NCBI GenBank assembly: GCA_030390025.1
Contig: CM059425.1
Coordinates: 52,018,001-52,082,000 of the forward strand
Reading direction: 5' to 3'
Length of the DNA stretch: 64,000 nucleotides
Origin: Squalus acanthias
Taxonomy: Eukaryota
The notes under the pieces are model-generated. The model was given only the letters and a program-made list of their open reading frames with translations, was not told the DNA's origin and made no database searches. Positions 49,146 through 60,968 of the stretch are shown in pieces. The position numbers and the translations under genes were made by a program. Each line of letters begins with the position of its first letter. Position 1 is the stretch's first letter.

Positions 49146-49929
49146 TGATTATGGAAGGCACCCTTTTCTTCCCCCTTCCTCTCAGCTGAAGGTATTAATT
49201 CCTGTTCAGGTAGAATATTATGGTAGAGATCATCCACTGGTACCTTGCTGAGCTGATAACGTAGACAGTGAGTATTGGGGACAACACATGCCTGATGCTA
49301 TCCTTAGCCAACATCTATACGTGTGCACTTTAGCAATTGGAAGCAGGAACCCTGGCTGATTACACCTCTCTAACCCAGAGGCACTAAGGCTAATTGCAAC
49401 TCATCTTGCATTAATGTGAAGCAAAAATCACTTTGCACCTTTACAACTGTACAAAACTGCCCCATAATGCATGAAAAATTTGTTTTCGCTTTGTTAATAA
49501 ATGGGTCTCTTACATATTACTATAATGATTGTTTTAGAAAAAGTAAACTTCAGTGTTGCTGTAGTGTGATGAGAAATGGCTGCAGACAAATAGTGAGTCG
49601 ATTCATATTTTCGGCAACTAAAGTGGCTATTTTAGTGTGTACCAGTAGGATGCAGCAGGAAGGCAGCCCTGTGTAAATGGTACAGTGAGCTTGCTGGTCA
49701 GGGGAGAGAAAATTACCTGCAGAAGAGAAAAGCCATAGTAGCAGAAAATAAGCCTTAATTAAAGTGGCTGAGTAACTGTACTTGGGGGCTCTTATCTAAC
49801 TGAAAGTGTCGGACCTCATTTACTACATCGTCACTGTCACAAACATATAAGAAGTATGACCTCTATCTGTTCAGAGAAAGAGAGGTTCAGCACTCTTGGA
49901 ATACTGAGAATTTGATGTACTACATAAAA

Positions 49930-50292
49930 AATGTAGCCTCAGGACGTCTCAAAACGCCTTACAGCCAAAGAAGTACTTTTTGATGTGTAGTCACTGTTGT
50001 AATGTAGGAAGCACGACTGCCAAATTTGTGTACAGCAAGGTGCCATAAACAGCAGTGAGATAAATGACCAGAGAATCTGTTTTAGTGATGTTGGCCAAGA
50101 CACCAAGAGAACTCCGCTGCTCTTCTTTGAATAGTGCCATGGGATCTTTTACATCCACCTGAGAGGACAGACGGGGCCTTGGTTTAATGTTTTATCCGAA
50201 AGACGGCACCTCCGGCATTGCAGCCCTCCCTCAGTACTGCACTGGAGTGTCAGCCTGGATTATGTGCATAAGTCTCTGGAGTAGGGCTTGAA
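49930..50292 (-). mobile_element. Deu-domain SINE
   Basis: AGTGCCATGGGATCTTTTACATCCACCTGAGAGG..GAAAGACGGCACCTCC core, as in the other copies. Confidence 0.8.
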
Positions 50293-50566
50293 ATGTAATG
50301 AAATGATATCACAGTCCTAAGAAATTACCCACGACACTGACTGAAGTTTGCCCACGTAGCGTATTCTTGTTTCATGTGTATACCTCAATATATACAAAAT
50401 ACACATTTGTCAAACTGCTCAGGGACAACAATGACACTCCCCTGTACTTTTCTGCAATGACTTGTATTGTCCAACAGGGGTCAGAAAAAAGCTAACTAAT
50501 GGATTATTTCTATCCGTCTGCCTCTTTCTTCCCACCCACTGTCCCCAGTAAACAAAGTAACCCCAC

Positions 50567-50779
50567 GGGGGTGAATTTCTACGAGGATTCTTCCGCTCGT
50601 CCGTCATCAATGCTGTTTATGCCATTTTTCCGGGGTTTCTGCGGCTCTGCCACCGAAGACAGACGGGTGGGAGAACTCCCCTGGAAATACTCACCCGTGG
50701 GTTTACATTGTTCACTGGGGACTGTGGGTGGGCAGGAAGGGGCAGACGAGTGGGAGAATCCCCCCGGAAATTCACCCCC
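50567..50779. mobile_element. Small MITE
   Basis: Perfect 13-bp TIRs GGGGGTGAATTTC / GAAATTCACCCCC plus subterminal inverted similarity (GATTCT..CTCGTC / GACGAG..AGAATC). Confidence 0.7.
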
Positions 50780-51579
50780 AAATAAATGCAGCAGTAAATA
50801 TATAGAAACATTTAAAATTTTCCTTAAGTGCGTAACATTTGACGCAAACTGCCAACATCTTACAAATATAATCACATGATGAGCACAGATAAAACTTGCA
50901 ACAAATTGATTTAGAAAGTCATGTTTCCTAGCAATCAGGTAGTTAAAGGAGATTAAATTGCACACAAAGTTTAGAAAGCAGTGGTTTATTTGTGGTGACT
51001 TACTTTTCTGCCTCGACTACTTTCCAAAGTTCACATGCCACAGAGTCGAGACCCTCAGTTTTTCCACCCTGCTGAAGGGAACACTCATATAATCTACTAC
51101 CAACAAATTCGGGTACTAGAAATTTAAATAAAAAGATAAATAAAAATTCCTTCAACCTTGCTAATATGAAAGTACATCTGCTGTAAATGAATCTCTCTTT
51201 TAATTCTCTCCTTTGTTTTTTCTTGTTTCTTTTTTGTCTGTTTCCTCCCTTGTGTCAGTTCCGTGTCTCTCATTCTCCTTGCTTGCCTCATTCTCGCTCG
51301 GGTCTCTTTTCCTCATTCTCTCACACTTTGAACTGTGGACTTAAGGGTTTATTTGACCCCCAGCTGGGCTGGTTTCTCAGTGGTTGTGTTAGGCAGTCTT
51401 CACAAATAAAGAAAGAAAGGACTTGCATTTATATAGCGCCTTTCCTGACCTCAGGGCATCCCAAAGCGCTTTACAGCCAATGAAGTACTTTTGAAGTATA
51501 GTCGCTGTTGCAATGTAAGAAAGATAGTTGCAAGATATGCTCAACTAGTTAAACAAAGACCAACTGGACAATAAATATT

Positions 51580-52207
51580 GGGCCGAGTTTTGCGATCCCA
51601 ACGGGTGCATACGAGGTGCGCATGTGCCCGTAGAGGCCGCGCAAGTTCTGGGTTTAGGCATGCAAAGCGCATGCGCTGAAACCCGGCACTTGCGATCTGT
51701 CAAGAATTCTCTTGACAGATCCTTCTCATCCCCAGGAGATGGGCCTCTGCAGGTGGAGAGTTGCGCTATTTGCACAAGTTCCGCCCGCTGAATGCCTGTG
51801 ACATTCTTACGCCTGGTAAAAGCAAGCGTAAGGCCAGCTTTTACCAGCATAAGAGTTTTAAAAAATAGAAAAATAAAATGTTATCACTCATTTATACATT
51901 ATTTTCGTGTGTTGGTGTATTTTTTAGGTGATCCCCATTCATACTTATGACAGTTCCGTACATACAGAACTGTCAAAAGGTTGAATGGGGATTCCCTTCT
52001 TTTATTGGTTGGGCCGGCCCACGTGATCCCGGGAGCGCCTACAAACTGCAGACGCCCCTGGGATACGTTGGGGTTCTGCCCGCGCAGACCCGGAGAGGCC
52101 CAGGAGCGCAAGCTGCCATTCTTCCCGGGCCACCAGGTACTTTCGTAGACATTTTGCAGGTCGGAGGCGTCGGCCCGCGGGAAGCCTCCGATCGCAAATG
52201 TTGGCCC
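51580..52207. mobile_element. MITE, same family as 8996-9749 (opposite orientation)
   Basis: TIRs GGGCCGAGTTTTGCGATC and GGGCCAACATTTGCGATC(rc); shared internal palindrome GATCTGTCAAGA..TCTTGACAGATC. Confidence 0.8.
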
Positions 52208-53136
52208 AATATTTGTGTTTTCCGCAACAAATTTCCTGTACCATAATTATCAAGACATCAATTGCGCATAGTGTTCATTATAAACCAGACCTCAAAATTT
52301 CCTGGAACGTTTTGGTGTAACTATGGTGTAAGAGCAGCATTGTGCGTTTTTTCCAAAGAATTTGCGTGTAACTGATTTACGGCATTTCACACTGAAGCAT
52401 CGATACATTTTGAATTTCCTCGATTGTTTTCTCTCCTTGCAAGGTTCGTCTGACGTAACCCTCTGCTGCATATTTACGTAGCTCCTCCCCCCACAAAAGA
52501 CCACCTCACACGAGTTTCATGGATTTACGCAAATAATGTGCTGCCATAGATTTACGCTCAAAACATTAGATGGCAAATGGCACCCACATATAGAACAATA
52601 GAAGTCTATAGCACAGAAGCCCATTTGGCCCATCATGTCTGTACCGATTATTTATTAAAGCAATCCAAAACTATTCCCACTGCCCTGCTCTCCCTGACTC
52701 TCCCCCACCAGCCCCCTCCCCCGGCCCCTCCCACCCCAAAATCCTCTATCTTCCTCTGCTTCAAATATTTATTAATTTTTCCCTTAAAAGATGTTTGTCT
52801 CAACTACTCACCAACCATTCCATGCTCCTAGCCTCTTTCCTCGGTCTCTTCGTGTCAATTATAAATTGATGACCCCATCTCACTATGTCCAACCAGAGGA
52901 AATAATCGGGGTGATTTTCCTCTGGGAGATTCAGTGCACCTGAAGTGCAATATATCTGTGAGGAGCCAGGCCCACTGGGCAATGAGACAGGAGGATGGCA
53001 ATGCTACCTCCCACCTTATTATTCTACCATCACTGGAGCAGCCCAGTGGCGATGGAGGTCTGACGTAACAGGTCATCATCCCTGTTTCCTCTGCACTGTG
53101 CCTGGGGAACACCAATTCCCCAGGTGCAGGGCACAG

Positions 53137-53870
53137 GAAAGTCAACATCAACTTGCATTTATATCACGCCTTTAACATAGTAAAACGTCCCAAGGTGCTT
53201 CACAGGAGCGTAATCAAACATAAATGGACATCGAGCCAAAGAGGAGATATTCGGAAGGATGAATAAAAGCTTGGTCATAGAAGTAGGTTTTAAGGAGCAT
53301 CTTAAAGGAGGAGAGAGAAGTGGCGAGACAGAGAGTTTAAGAGAGGGACCCCAGAACGGAGGGCTGAGACAGCTGAAGGCACGGCCGCCAATGGTGGGTT
53401 AAAGGGAGTGGGGATGCACAAGAGGCAAGAGTTGGAGCAGCGCAACGTTCTTGGATGGTTGTAGGTCTGAAGGAGATTACAGAGATCAGGAGGGGTGAGG
53501 CCATGAAGGGATTTGAACACAAAAATAAGAGTTTTAAATTGGAGATGTTGGGGGACGGGGAACCAATGTAGGTCAGCGAGCACAGGGGTGATGGGTGAAC
53601 GGTACTTGGTAAGGGTTAAGCTACAAGGAGCAGAGTTTTGGGTGAGCTGAAGTTTATGGAGGTTGGGAGGCCGGTCACAAGACCATTGGAATAGTTGAGT
53701 CTGGAGGTGACAAAGGTGTGGATGAGGGTTTCAGCAGCAGGTAGGCTGATGCAGGGGCAGATTTGGGGACCGAAGACAATGGCTTCAATCTTCCCAATGT
53801 TTAACTGGAGGAAATTGCAGCTCATCCACGACTGGATGTCAGATAAGCAGGTTGACAATACATAATAACA
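53137..53870 (-). mobile_element. L2-clade LINE 3' fragment
   Basis: WMSCNFLQLN..K.E, HTFVTSRLNYSN and LADLHWFPV..FK..FKSLHG..P.L are L2-type RT C-terminal motifs; tail TATAAATGCAAGTTG. Confidence 0.85.
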
Positions 53871-56800
53871 AAGGAAGGTCACAGTTCATATTTATTGCAC
53901 CTAACATGTATTACACATAAGAGTTGTGCGCAGTGTATGACATCAGTGAGCTCAGGAGCACAGCATACAGCCTATGCATAAGGGATGACACGCCCACAAA
54001 AGCTGTCAAAACTAAGCCACGCCCACAGAAACTTCTTTCAGTCTCTGCCATTGAAATTACATTTTAAAAACTTAAATTTTTTTTTTAAACTTCTAAAATC
54101 TTTAAAAAACTTTTAATTAAACCGGTACTTGGACTTATTTCATATGTCAGCATTTTCTTTTTTTTTCATCCAAACTCACAATTATTAGTCCCTATGTATA
54201 CAACTGCCTGGTGATGGAACTGCCTTACTAATTACTTTGGAGTAACATCTTGAAAGTTTTATTTTCGAGTATGTTTCTAATTAGGCTAACATTTAGAAGA
54301 AAAATTCAGAGAAATAAATGTTTAGCTGGCTCGAATTTCTGTAATGATCTTGTTCTTCACATTTTCTGACAGTAATCTATTTGATGACAGTCATACTTTT
54401 GAACAGGTCAGTGGCAACGCAAATGAGAGATTATGAGAACTAACTCTGTAATGAAAGAAAGTCTGCAATGTTGAAGCAGATCACCATGTTCGGAAGTTCT
54501 TCAAGTAAAATTATGTTATTAAGAGATTTTTTTCCACTGGTAAGTCAACTGCGAAATAATCGAAACTCGATTATAAAGAGGCGGTTTGCTCCCTCTGTCA
54601 CGATCTCCATTGAACATTGAACTAAACATATACAAAGGTTTGCCACATTCCCAGATTTATGTTTTATTATCTAATCTGGTTCACCTTTATTTTGGGGATA
54701 TTTGATTTGTTTAATATTCCCAGAGAAAAAACAGTATGAATTCCGTCCCATACAGGACGGAGATACCTTCCAGTCACCAGTAAATGCTTTCTTGTGCACG
54801 GTTACTTGGGAAGGTGTTTGTGTAAGCAGTTAGTTGTAAAGGCATCTTGGGAGAGATGGAGAACAGCCTAGCTGGGTATCCGTGTAGTATGAAGCTGTAG
54901 AAGTGCTCAACAATCTGTAAATTAGCATCCGCAGTTGCAGATATCAAGGTTATTAAAGCGAACCACATATCTTGTTTGTTATGTTGTTCATTTTTGAGTT
55001 GAAAGGACAGAATTGGTCATTGAAATCTGATAGATGGTCACTTTATTTAACTTTCTTTTGACTTCCCAGGTAATTAAAATGAAACTCGATCAACAAAACA
55101 AGTTTCCTCCACCAAAAGGTACACCATATACATACATAGATCTGCTTTTAAGATGTGAAATAGGCTCCTGCGCCTGCTTTCACTAACCATAAGAAAAACG
55201 TTCGTAATTGCTGGGCAGTTAGTGGGCAAATAGCCCAACTGTGCCAGCAATTGGGATTACCAAGGCAGTGCGTACCTTGACAGATCGCAAGTTCAGGATT
55301 TAACACATGCACATGCAGAAATCCCGAACTTGCAGTATATTTCAAAGGCGGTATGACGGCATACTCTCAGAGTACGCCACCATACCCACCGCAAAATCCA
55401 GGCTATGATATTTTAATTTGCTTCTAACCAGATTTTGTATTAATAGCAATCAGAATGGTGTGACAAACCATTCTGTAATAAGAGCAATATATTGTGCAAT
55501 ATAAGAGTCAGTTCATTAATTATTAAATGTAGGAATATATAAATTTACTGATTAAAATGTAGCTATTAAGTTCCAGCAGGGAACTGGCATGGGTAGTTAT
55601 GAATCTTTGCAGTGAGGTAGAGCGTCAGTTAGCCTCTGCTGGATAATCACTCTATTAAAGACTGTTTCCAATAGACAACCTTGCACTTCAATATCAGTGC
55701 AATTCCCCAACATGGGTCTCTAGTATTTCACAACTGGGTTGTTTGTAAACAGATGGATTGGCCATGCTAATGAAACATAAGTTGAAATCAAAGAAATCCC
55801 ATCCTGCCAAGGACATTAACCTCCTGTTCACCTTCCTTCTTCTTTTGGCGTCAAAAAAGCATAAATTTAGTTGGATAAAAGAACAGAGCCAACTTTTATT
55901 TCAATTCTAATTACTATGTAAATAGAAAAGCATTTACCTCCCTTCAGTTTCAATTTCTGACTCACTACTGTCTCACTAATTACATAATGCCACAAAGAAA
56001 TGAAGAAGCTGTGAATGATGGAAACACCATGGATCTATGTAAATTAAGTCTTTTAAATTCTGGGAATAATAGCAGGAAACTCTGTGGAATGAATAGACAC
56101 AGATTTTAGATTTCTCACACATCTGTTTGGGCAGATAATTATTCCTTTGGTCTATTTGTGTCCGCTTTTTTCCTAAACATGCAATTTTGAATATCGCCAA
56201 TATGTGTCACGAAGAGGACTATTGCCGGTGGATGTCAAATCAACAGTGCCGCCCTAACCAAAGCCAGTGTAAACAATCAAAAGGTGAATATTCTATCGAT
56301 GGCTCCACGAGTTTATCCAATGAGTAGCTAAGTCACGTAGAACAGGTCGGTCTAAAATCCCTGGTTTGTGGTTAGTTAGCTGATCTCAGCCAGGATGGTG
56401 GTGGGGACATTACAATTCACCTCATCACCGCCCCCCGCCCTTCTCCCCCCCGCCCCATGATTAGGGAGGAGAAAATTGGCTGCAGTTCCCACCCTGATAG
56501 CTATCGTGTGCACTTTCTGGATGTGCATATTCGTGGATGTTGGGTGAGGACAGCTTAGGGCTGGACTAATGCCCCCTATGGTTCAATAGCCTTCCAATGC
56601 TCACTGTCAAAGCTCTCATGTGAAATATGGCCACTTGGTTGAGACACCAGAGACTGAGCAGTGCCCATGTAACCCTACTCCAAAAAAAGTGCATACCTTT
56701 AAGAAAGGAGGGAAGAAAATTGCAAGAATGAAAAAGGGTGAACTCTCTACAAAGAATGAAGTGCAGTAATCTATTGTTCTCTGGACTCAGTTACCTTTTA

Positions 56801-57324
56801 TGGAGTGGGATGGGGGTGGGGGAGGTGTTTTTGCAGTTTTCTGTCAATGGCCCTCTGTTAACAGTTAACTAAGAGATGAACATGAATGGTCCAGGTCGAT
56901 TCATCCTCTGATGTTTCTTCCTTCCTTGTGAGCATGTTCAGGAACTCACCACATGGGAGAACCACATGTTCTGTGCTAACAGACCACCTGAGACCAGACC
57001 CTACGTCTCCGCAGCAGGAGAGCTGTAAATCCCAGCTCGACCACAGTACACAGCACCAAGTGAAAGTAAGGATAAAGGGAGGTTGAGCGACCCACCACAG
57101 CATCTCCTTCTTGATCGCAGCTCTGTATTGGTGGCACTTCTTGGTGGGGTTACAAAAGGAGGAACAGCCACAGATGATTGTGAAGAAAGCAATAAAAGGA
57201 AAAAAGGAAACAACTTTTTTTTAACAAGAACACTAACTTTTAAAATGAGAGCTTTAAAAAATATGTTTATTTCTGCATAATAATGTGAACTTAATTTACA
57301 TAACTAGCCTCTTAAACTACTTTT

Positions 57325-58300
57325 TTTTATTCATTCATGGGATGTGGGCGTCACTGGCAAGTCCTGCATTTATTGCCCATCCCTAATTACCCTTGAGAAG
57401 GTGGTGGTGAGCCAATTTCTTGAACCGCTGCAGTCCGTGTGGTGAAGGTACTCTCACAGTGCTGTTAGGTAGGGAGTTCCAGGATTTTGACCCAGCGACG
57501 ATGAAGGAACGGCGATATACTTCTAAGTCAGGATAGTGTGTGACTTGGAGGACATTGTTGTAAGAAGCCAGTGGGGTGGGGGAAGGACTTCCGTAATGAA
57601 ATCTTTACATGAAGCAACTTTTCAACAGTTTGTAATGGCACAATGTACTGATCTGCAGTAACATATTTCACACTGAAGCAACATAAAACTGGAACAAATA
57701 ACCTCCTAGTAAATGGGCCAGAATTCCCTCAATCCAACTTTCCCTGAAAGTACGCCAAAATTTAGACCCATTTTTGTACTGATCTTGCTGATGAGCACTT
57801 ATGCTGAAATTTCCCTAATGTTCCCAAAAGGAAGATGGTGGTGGGCCTTCTTGAACCGCTGGTGGTGAAAGTGCTTCCACAAAGGTATTAGGCAGGAAGT
57901 TCAAAAATGTTGACCCAGCGACAATGAAGGGATGGTGATATATGTCCGTCAAGATGGTGTGTGCCTTGGAGTGGAACTTGAAGGTGATGGTGTTCCCATG
58001 CACCTGCTGCTCTTGTCTTTCTAGGTGGTGGAGGTCATGGGTTTGGGAAGTGCTGCCAAAGAAGCCTTGATGAGTTGCTGCAGTGCATCCTGTAAATAGG
58101 ACGCAGTGCAGCTATGGTACACTGGTGGTGGAGCGGTTGGATGTTTATGATATTGGATTAGGTGCCAATCAAGTGGACTGCTTTGTCCTGGATGGTGTTG
58201 AGCTACTTGTGTGTTGTTGCAGCTACACTCATCCAGGCACCCCTGACTTGTATCCTGTAGGTGCTGGAGAGGTTTTGGGGAATCGGAAGGTGAGCCACCC
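57325..58300 (-). mobile_element. Two degenerate non-LTR retrotransposon 3' fragments (57325-57550; ~57830-58300)
   Basis: Both share TTCTTGAACCGCTG..GGTGAA..TGACCCAGCGAC.ATGAAGG; the reverse complement gives WMSAA..LNTIQDKAVHLIG-like RT C-terminal remnants. Clade uncertain. Confidence 0.6.
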
Positions 58301-59548
58301 TGGCATAAGGTGAGTGATGGTGTGGGGTCTGAGGCGATCACGGTTACGTGAAAGGGAAGGGAAGCCTAGGGCAGGGAAGGCCCAAGGATTCCTGGTGGGA
58401 TCTGGAGAGTCATTGCTGCTCCTCCTGGCCCACAAGGAAACCTTCATAAAATTCAACATTTTTACTTACCTGAGCCTCTTCTGATCCTGAACGAATCCCC
58501 GGGATTGGCACTGTACGCACGCTGCCTGCCTGGGTCGCTGGCCTCTGATGCTGCCCAAAATGAGCTTGTTTAAGTGGAATGGGAATGTGGCATGCACAAG
58601 GTGAGTAGCACGCTGCCCCAATTTTAACACTCTGTATGCCCCATTATCATTGTATGCATGGGGTTAATATCGAGCCTCGTAAGTAGGAATTAACCTGGTA
58701 ATGTTGAGCGAAACCTTGATCATTATCATTTTAGTTATATATAAAAATAACACTATAAGTTAAAATAACATTCAAATTGTATCGCACAAACAGTTGCAAA
58801 TACAATCCTTGCTAAAAGAACCTTCAAACAGACCATGGAACTGATTAGTTGCACAATGTGAGATTAATGAAAAGTTAAAGGATAGTGTGAGCTTGCCTCC
58901 AATGTCCCTATTGTCATCAAGTTGGTGGTTGTGCCTATGGTAACAAGTAAGTTATCAGTTAAAGGAGCAGGATTGTGTAAATTATACATGCCATGGAAAG
59001 AGAGTGAATATACTGCATGAAGCAGTTCCCATGGACCAAATACCTCCCTGTCTCAATTTCCACTGCTCTTAGTTTAAAGACAAAATAGATCTACAATAGG
59101 AGAGTGAAAGGTGCAGCAGGTGATGGCATCCCAAAGGAGTTTCCCCCCTAGTCTGGAGCCCAGCAGATCAAACCACATAACTGGTAGCACTGAAAAGGGT
59201 CAGGGGTGAGATGGGCTCTCAGAGTCTGATAGTATTTTGAGGGTGGTACCAGGATCAGAAGCACTGGAGAGGATGCCAGGAGCTCCAGTAACATTTAAGA
59301 GTGATATTCTGGAAACACTGGAGAAGCTCATGGGGTCTGGGCTCACTGGAAGAGGAGTCCTCTGATCTGGAAGCATTGAATAGGGTGATCTCATGGTCTG
59401 GAAGAAGTAGAGTGATTCTGGGTTCAGGAGCCACTGTGAATGCAGTTTACTGGTTTATAAACAGTGTAAGTATTGGGAGGGTTTTTGTGATCTGAGAGTG
59501 AGAGAAATGTGAGATTGTGGTCCTGAGGCTAGCAGAAATGGGACAGAG

Positions 59549-60003
59549 TCTGGCAGTATTGGGGGTTACAGGATCCGGCAGTATTGGGGGTTGCAGGGAT
59601 CCGGCAGTATTGGGGGTTACAGGAATCCGGCAGTATTGGGGGTTGCAGGGATCTGGCAGTATTGGGGGTTGCAGGGATCTGGCAGTATTGGGGGTTACAG
59701 GAATCCGGCAGTATTGGGGGTTGCAGGGATCCGGCAGTATTGGGGGTTACAGGGATCTGGCAGTATTGGGGGTTACAGGAATCCGGCAGTATCGAGGGTT
59801 GCAGGGATCTGGCAGTATTGGGGGTTGCAGGGATCCGGCAGTATTGGGGGTTGCAGGGATCCGGCAGTATTGAGGGTTGCAGGGATCCGGCAGTATTGGG
59901 GGTTGCAGGAATCTGGCAGTATTGGGGGTTGCAGGGATCTGGCAGTATTGGGGGTTGCAGGGATCCGGCAGTATTGGGGGTTGCAGGGATCCGGCAGTAT
60001 TGG
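59549..60003 (+). repeat. 26-bp G-rich minisatellite, ~17.5 copies
   Basis: Unit GGCAGTATTGGGGGTTrCAGGrATCy repeated in tandem. Confidence 0.95.
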
Positions 60004-60708
60004 ATGCGGAACAGGATCCAGCAGCCTTGTGGGACAGAGGGACCCAGGAGAAAGGGATTCAAACTGGTCTTGTCCCCTTTCGAATCGTCAGGCTCCAGTC
60101 TTCCCAATACATTTGCATCTATCAGCCTCATTCCCTGACCAATCTGCAGGACTTTTTGCGCCCTCAGTTTATCACCCCCGACCATTTTTCCCATTGTCAG
60201 ATAGTCCCTGTCTTTACATTTCTGTCTTAAAGTATTTAAGGATAATTTTCTACTTCTTAAAATTAATGGATAGAGGATCATGGGTTTCGAACATACATTT
60301 TCCCAATATGTGGTCTCCAACAGCAGATTTACATTTTAATATGCTATTAATGGCTTTGCCGATGTATATGGTCTGATTTTCAGTTTGGGTGAACATCAGG
60401 TGGCGGTAGGCAGAGCGTACCCATCGGACATCTGATTTCACCAGTGAGAGGATCAACCAATCTTCATGACTGAGCCTCATTAGCATGCCATCGGCAACTG
60501 CCTGCATGTTTCCTGATTGGGGAGCGGGAAATCCAGCGGTTCCTCCTGGCTCCATAAAAATCATGCATAATACTTACCTTTTCCTTTTTTGGAGTGACCT
60601 TCAGGGGTCCTTTTAAGAACCATTGGTTACGCCACTCTACATACACTTCCACTAGGCGGGGCTTGCACAGTACGTACTCTGCCCAGTGGAAGCCCAAAAA
60701 TATCACCT

Positions 60709-60948
60709 TGTGGAGGCTGCCGCGAAACACGAATGGAGGCTGAATCCATATGTGGAAAACAAGAAACTTTAATTCACTGCATGGCACACAAAATGGCTGA
60801 GAAAGCTGCTCCCAGAATTCTCTGGAAAAACCCTGAAGCCCTGCCCACTCCTGCCTTAAAGGTAAGGTGCCTTAAAGGGAAGGTTCACCGATATATTGTC
60901 CACAGACGGAAAAGTGGGTTATGCCCATTTAGGTGGCAATCCGCCACA
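60709..60948 (-). mobile_element. 3' LTR of the Gypsy element (~240 bp)
   Basis: Follows the polypurine tract (rc TGGGGGGAG, ~60952-60960); ends TGTGGCGGATTGCC ... GGCAGCCTCCACA form terminal inverted repeats (TG..CA); internal ATTAAA. Confidence 0.75.
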
Positions 60949-60968
60949 CAGCTCCCCCCAGAATCCGC

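Noticed and set aside
54770-57130. Possible minus-strand exons near 54770-54913, 55938-56035 and 56950-57122
   Set aside because: They have AG/GT boundaries, but one has stops in all three frames, no consistent spliced ORF emerges, and none resembles a protein I recognise.
59517-60376. Long ORFs in several frames; superficially CRISPR-like array
   Set aside because: Caused by a stop-poor 26-bp tandem repeat with no unique spacers, in a eukaryotic context.
60578-60740. Apparent minus-strand exon (PPFVFRGSLHK..VTPKKEK|GTAAGT)
   Set aside because: It straddles the Gypsy LTR end at 60709, and the rest lies in MITE-like sequence that carries an ACTTACC motif, so it is a chimera of two TEs.
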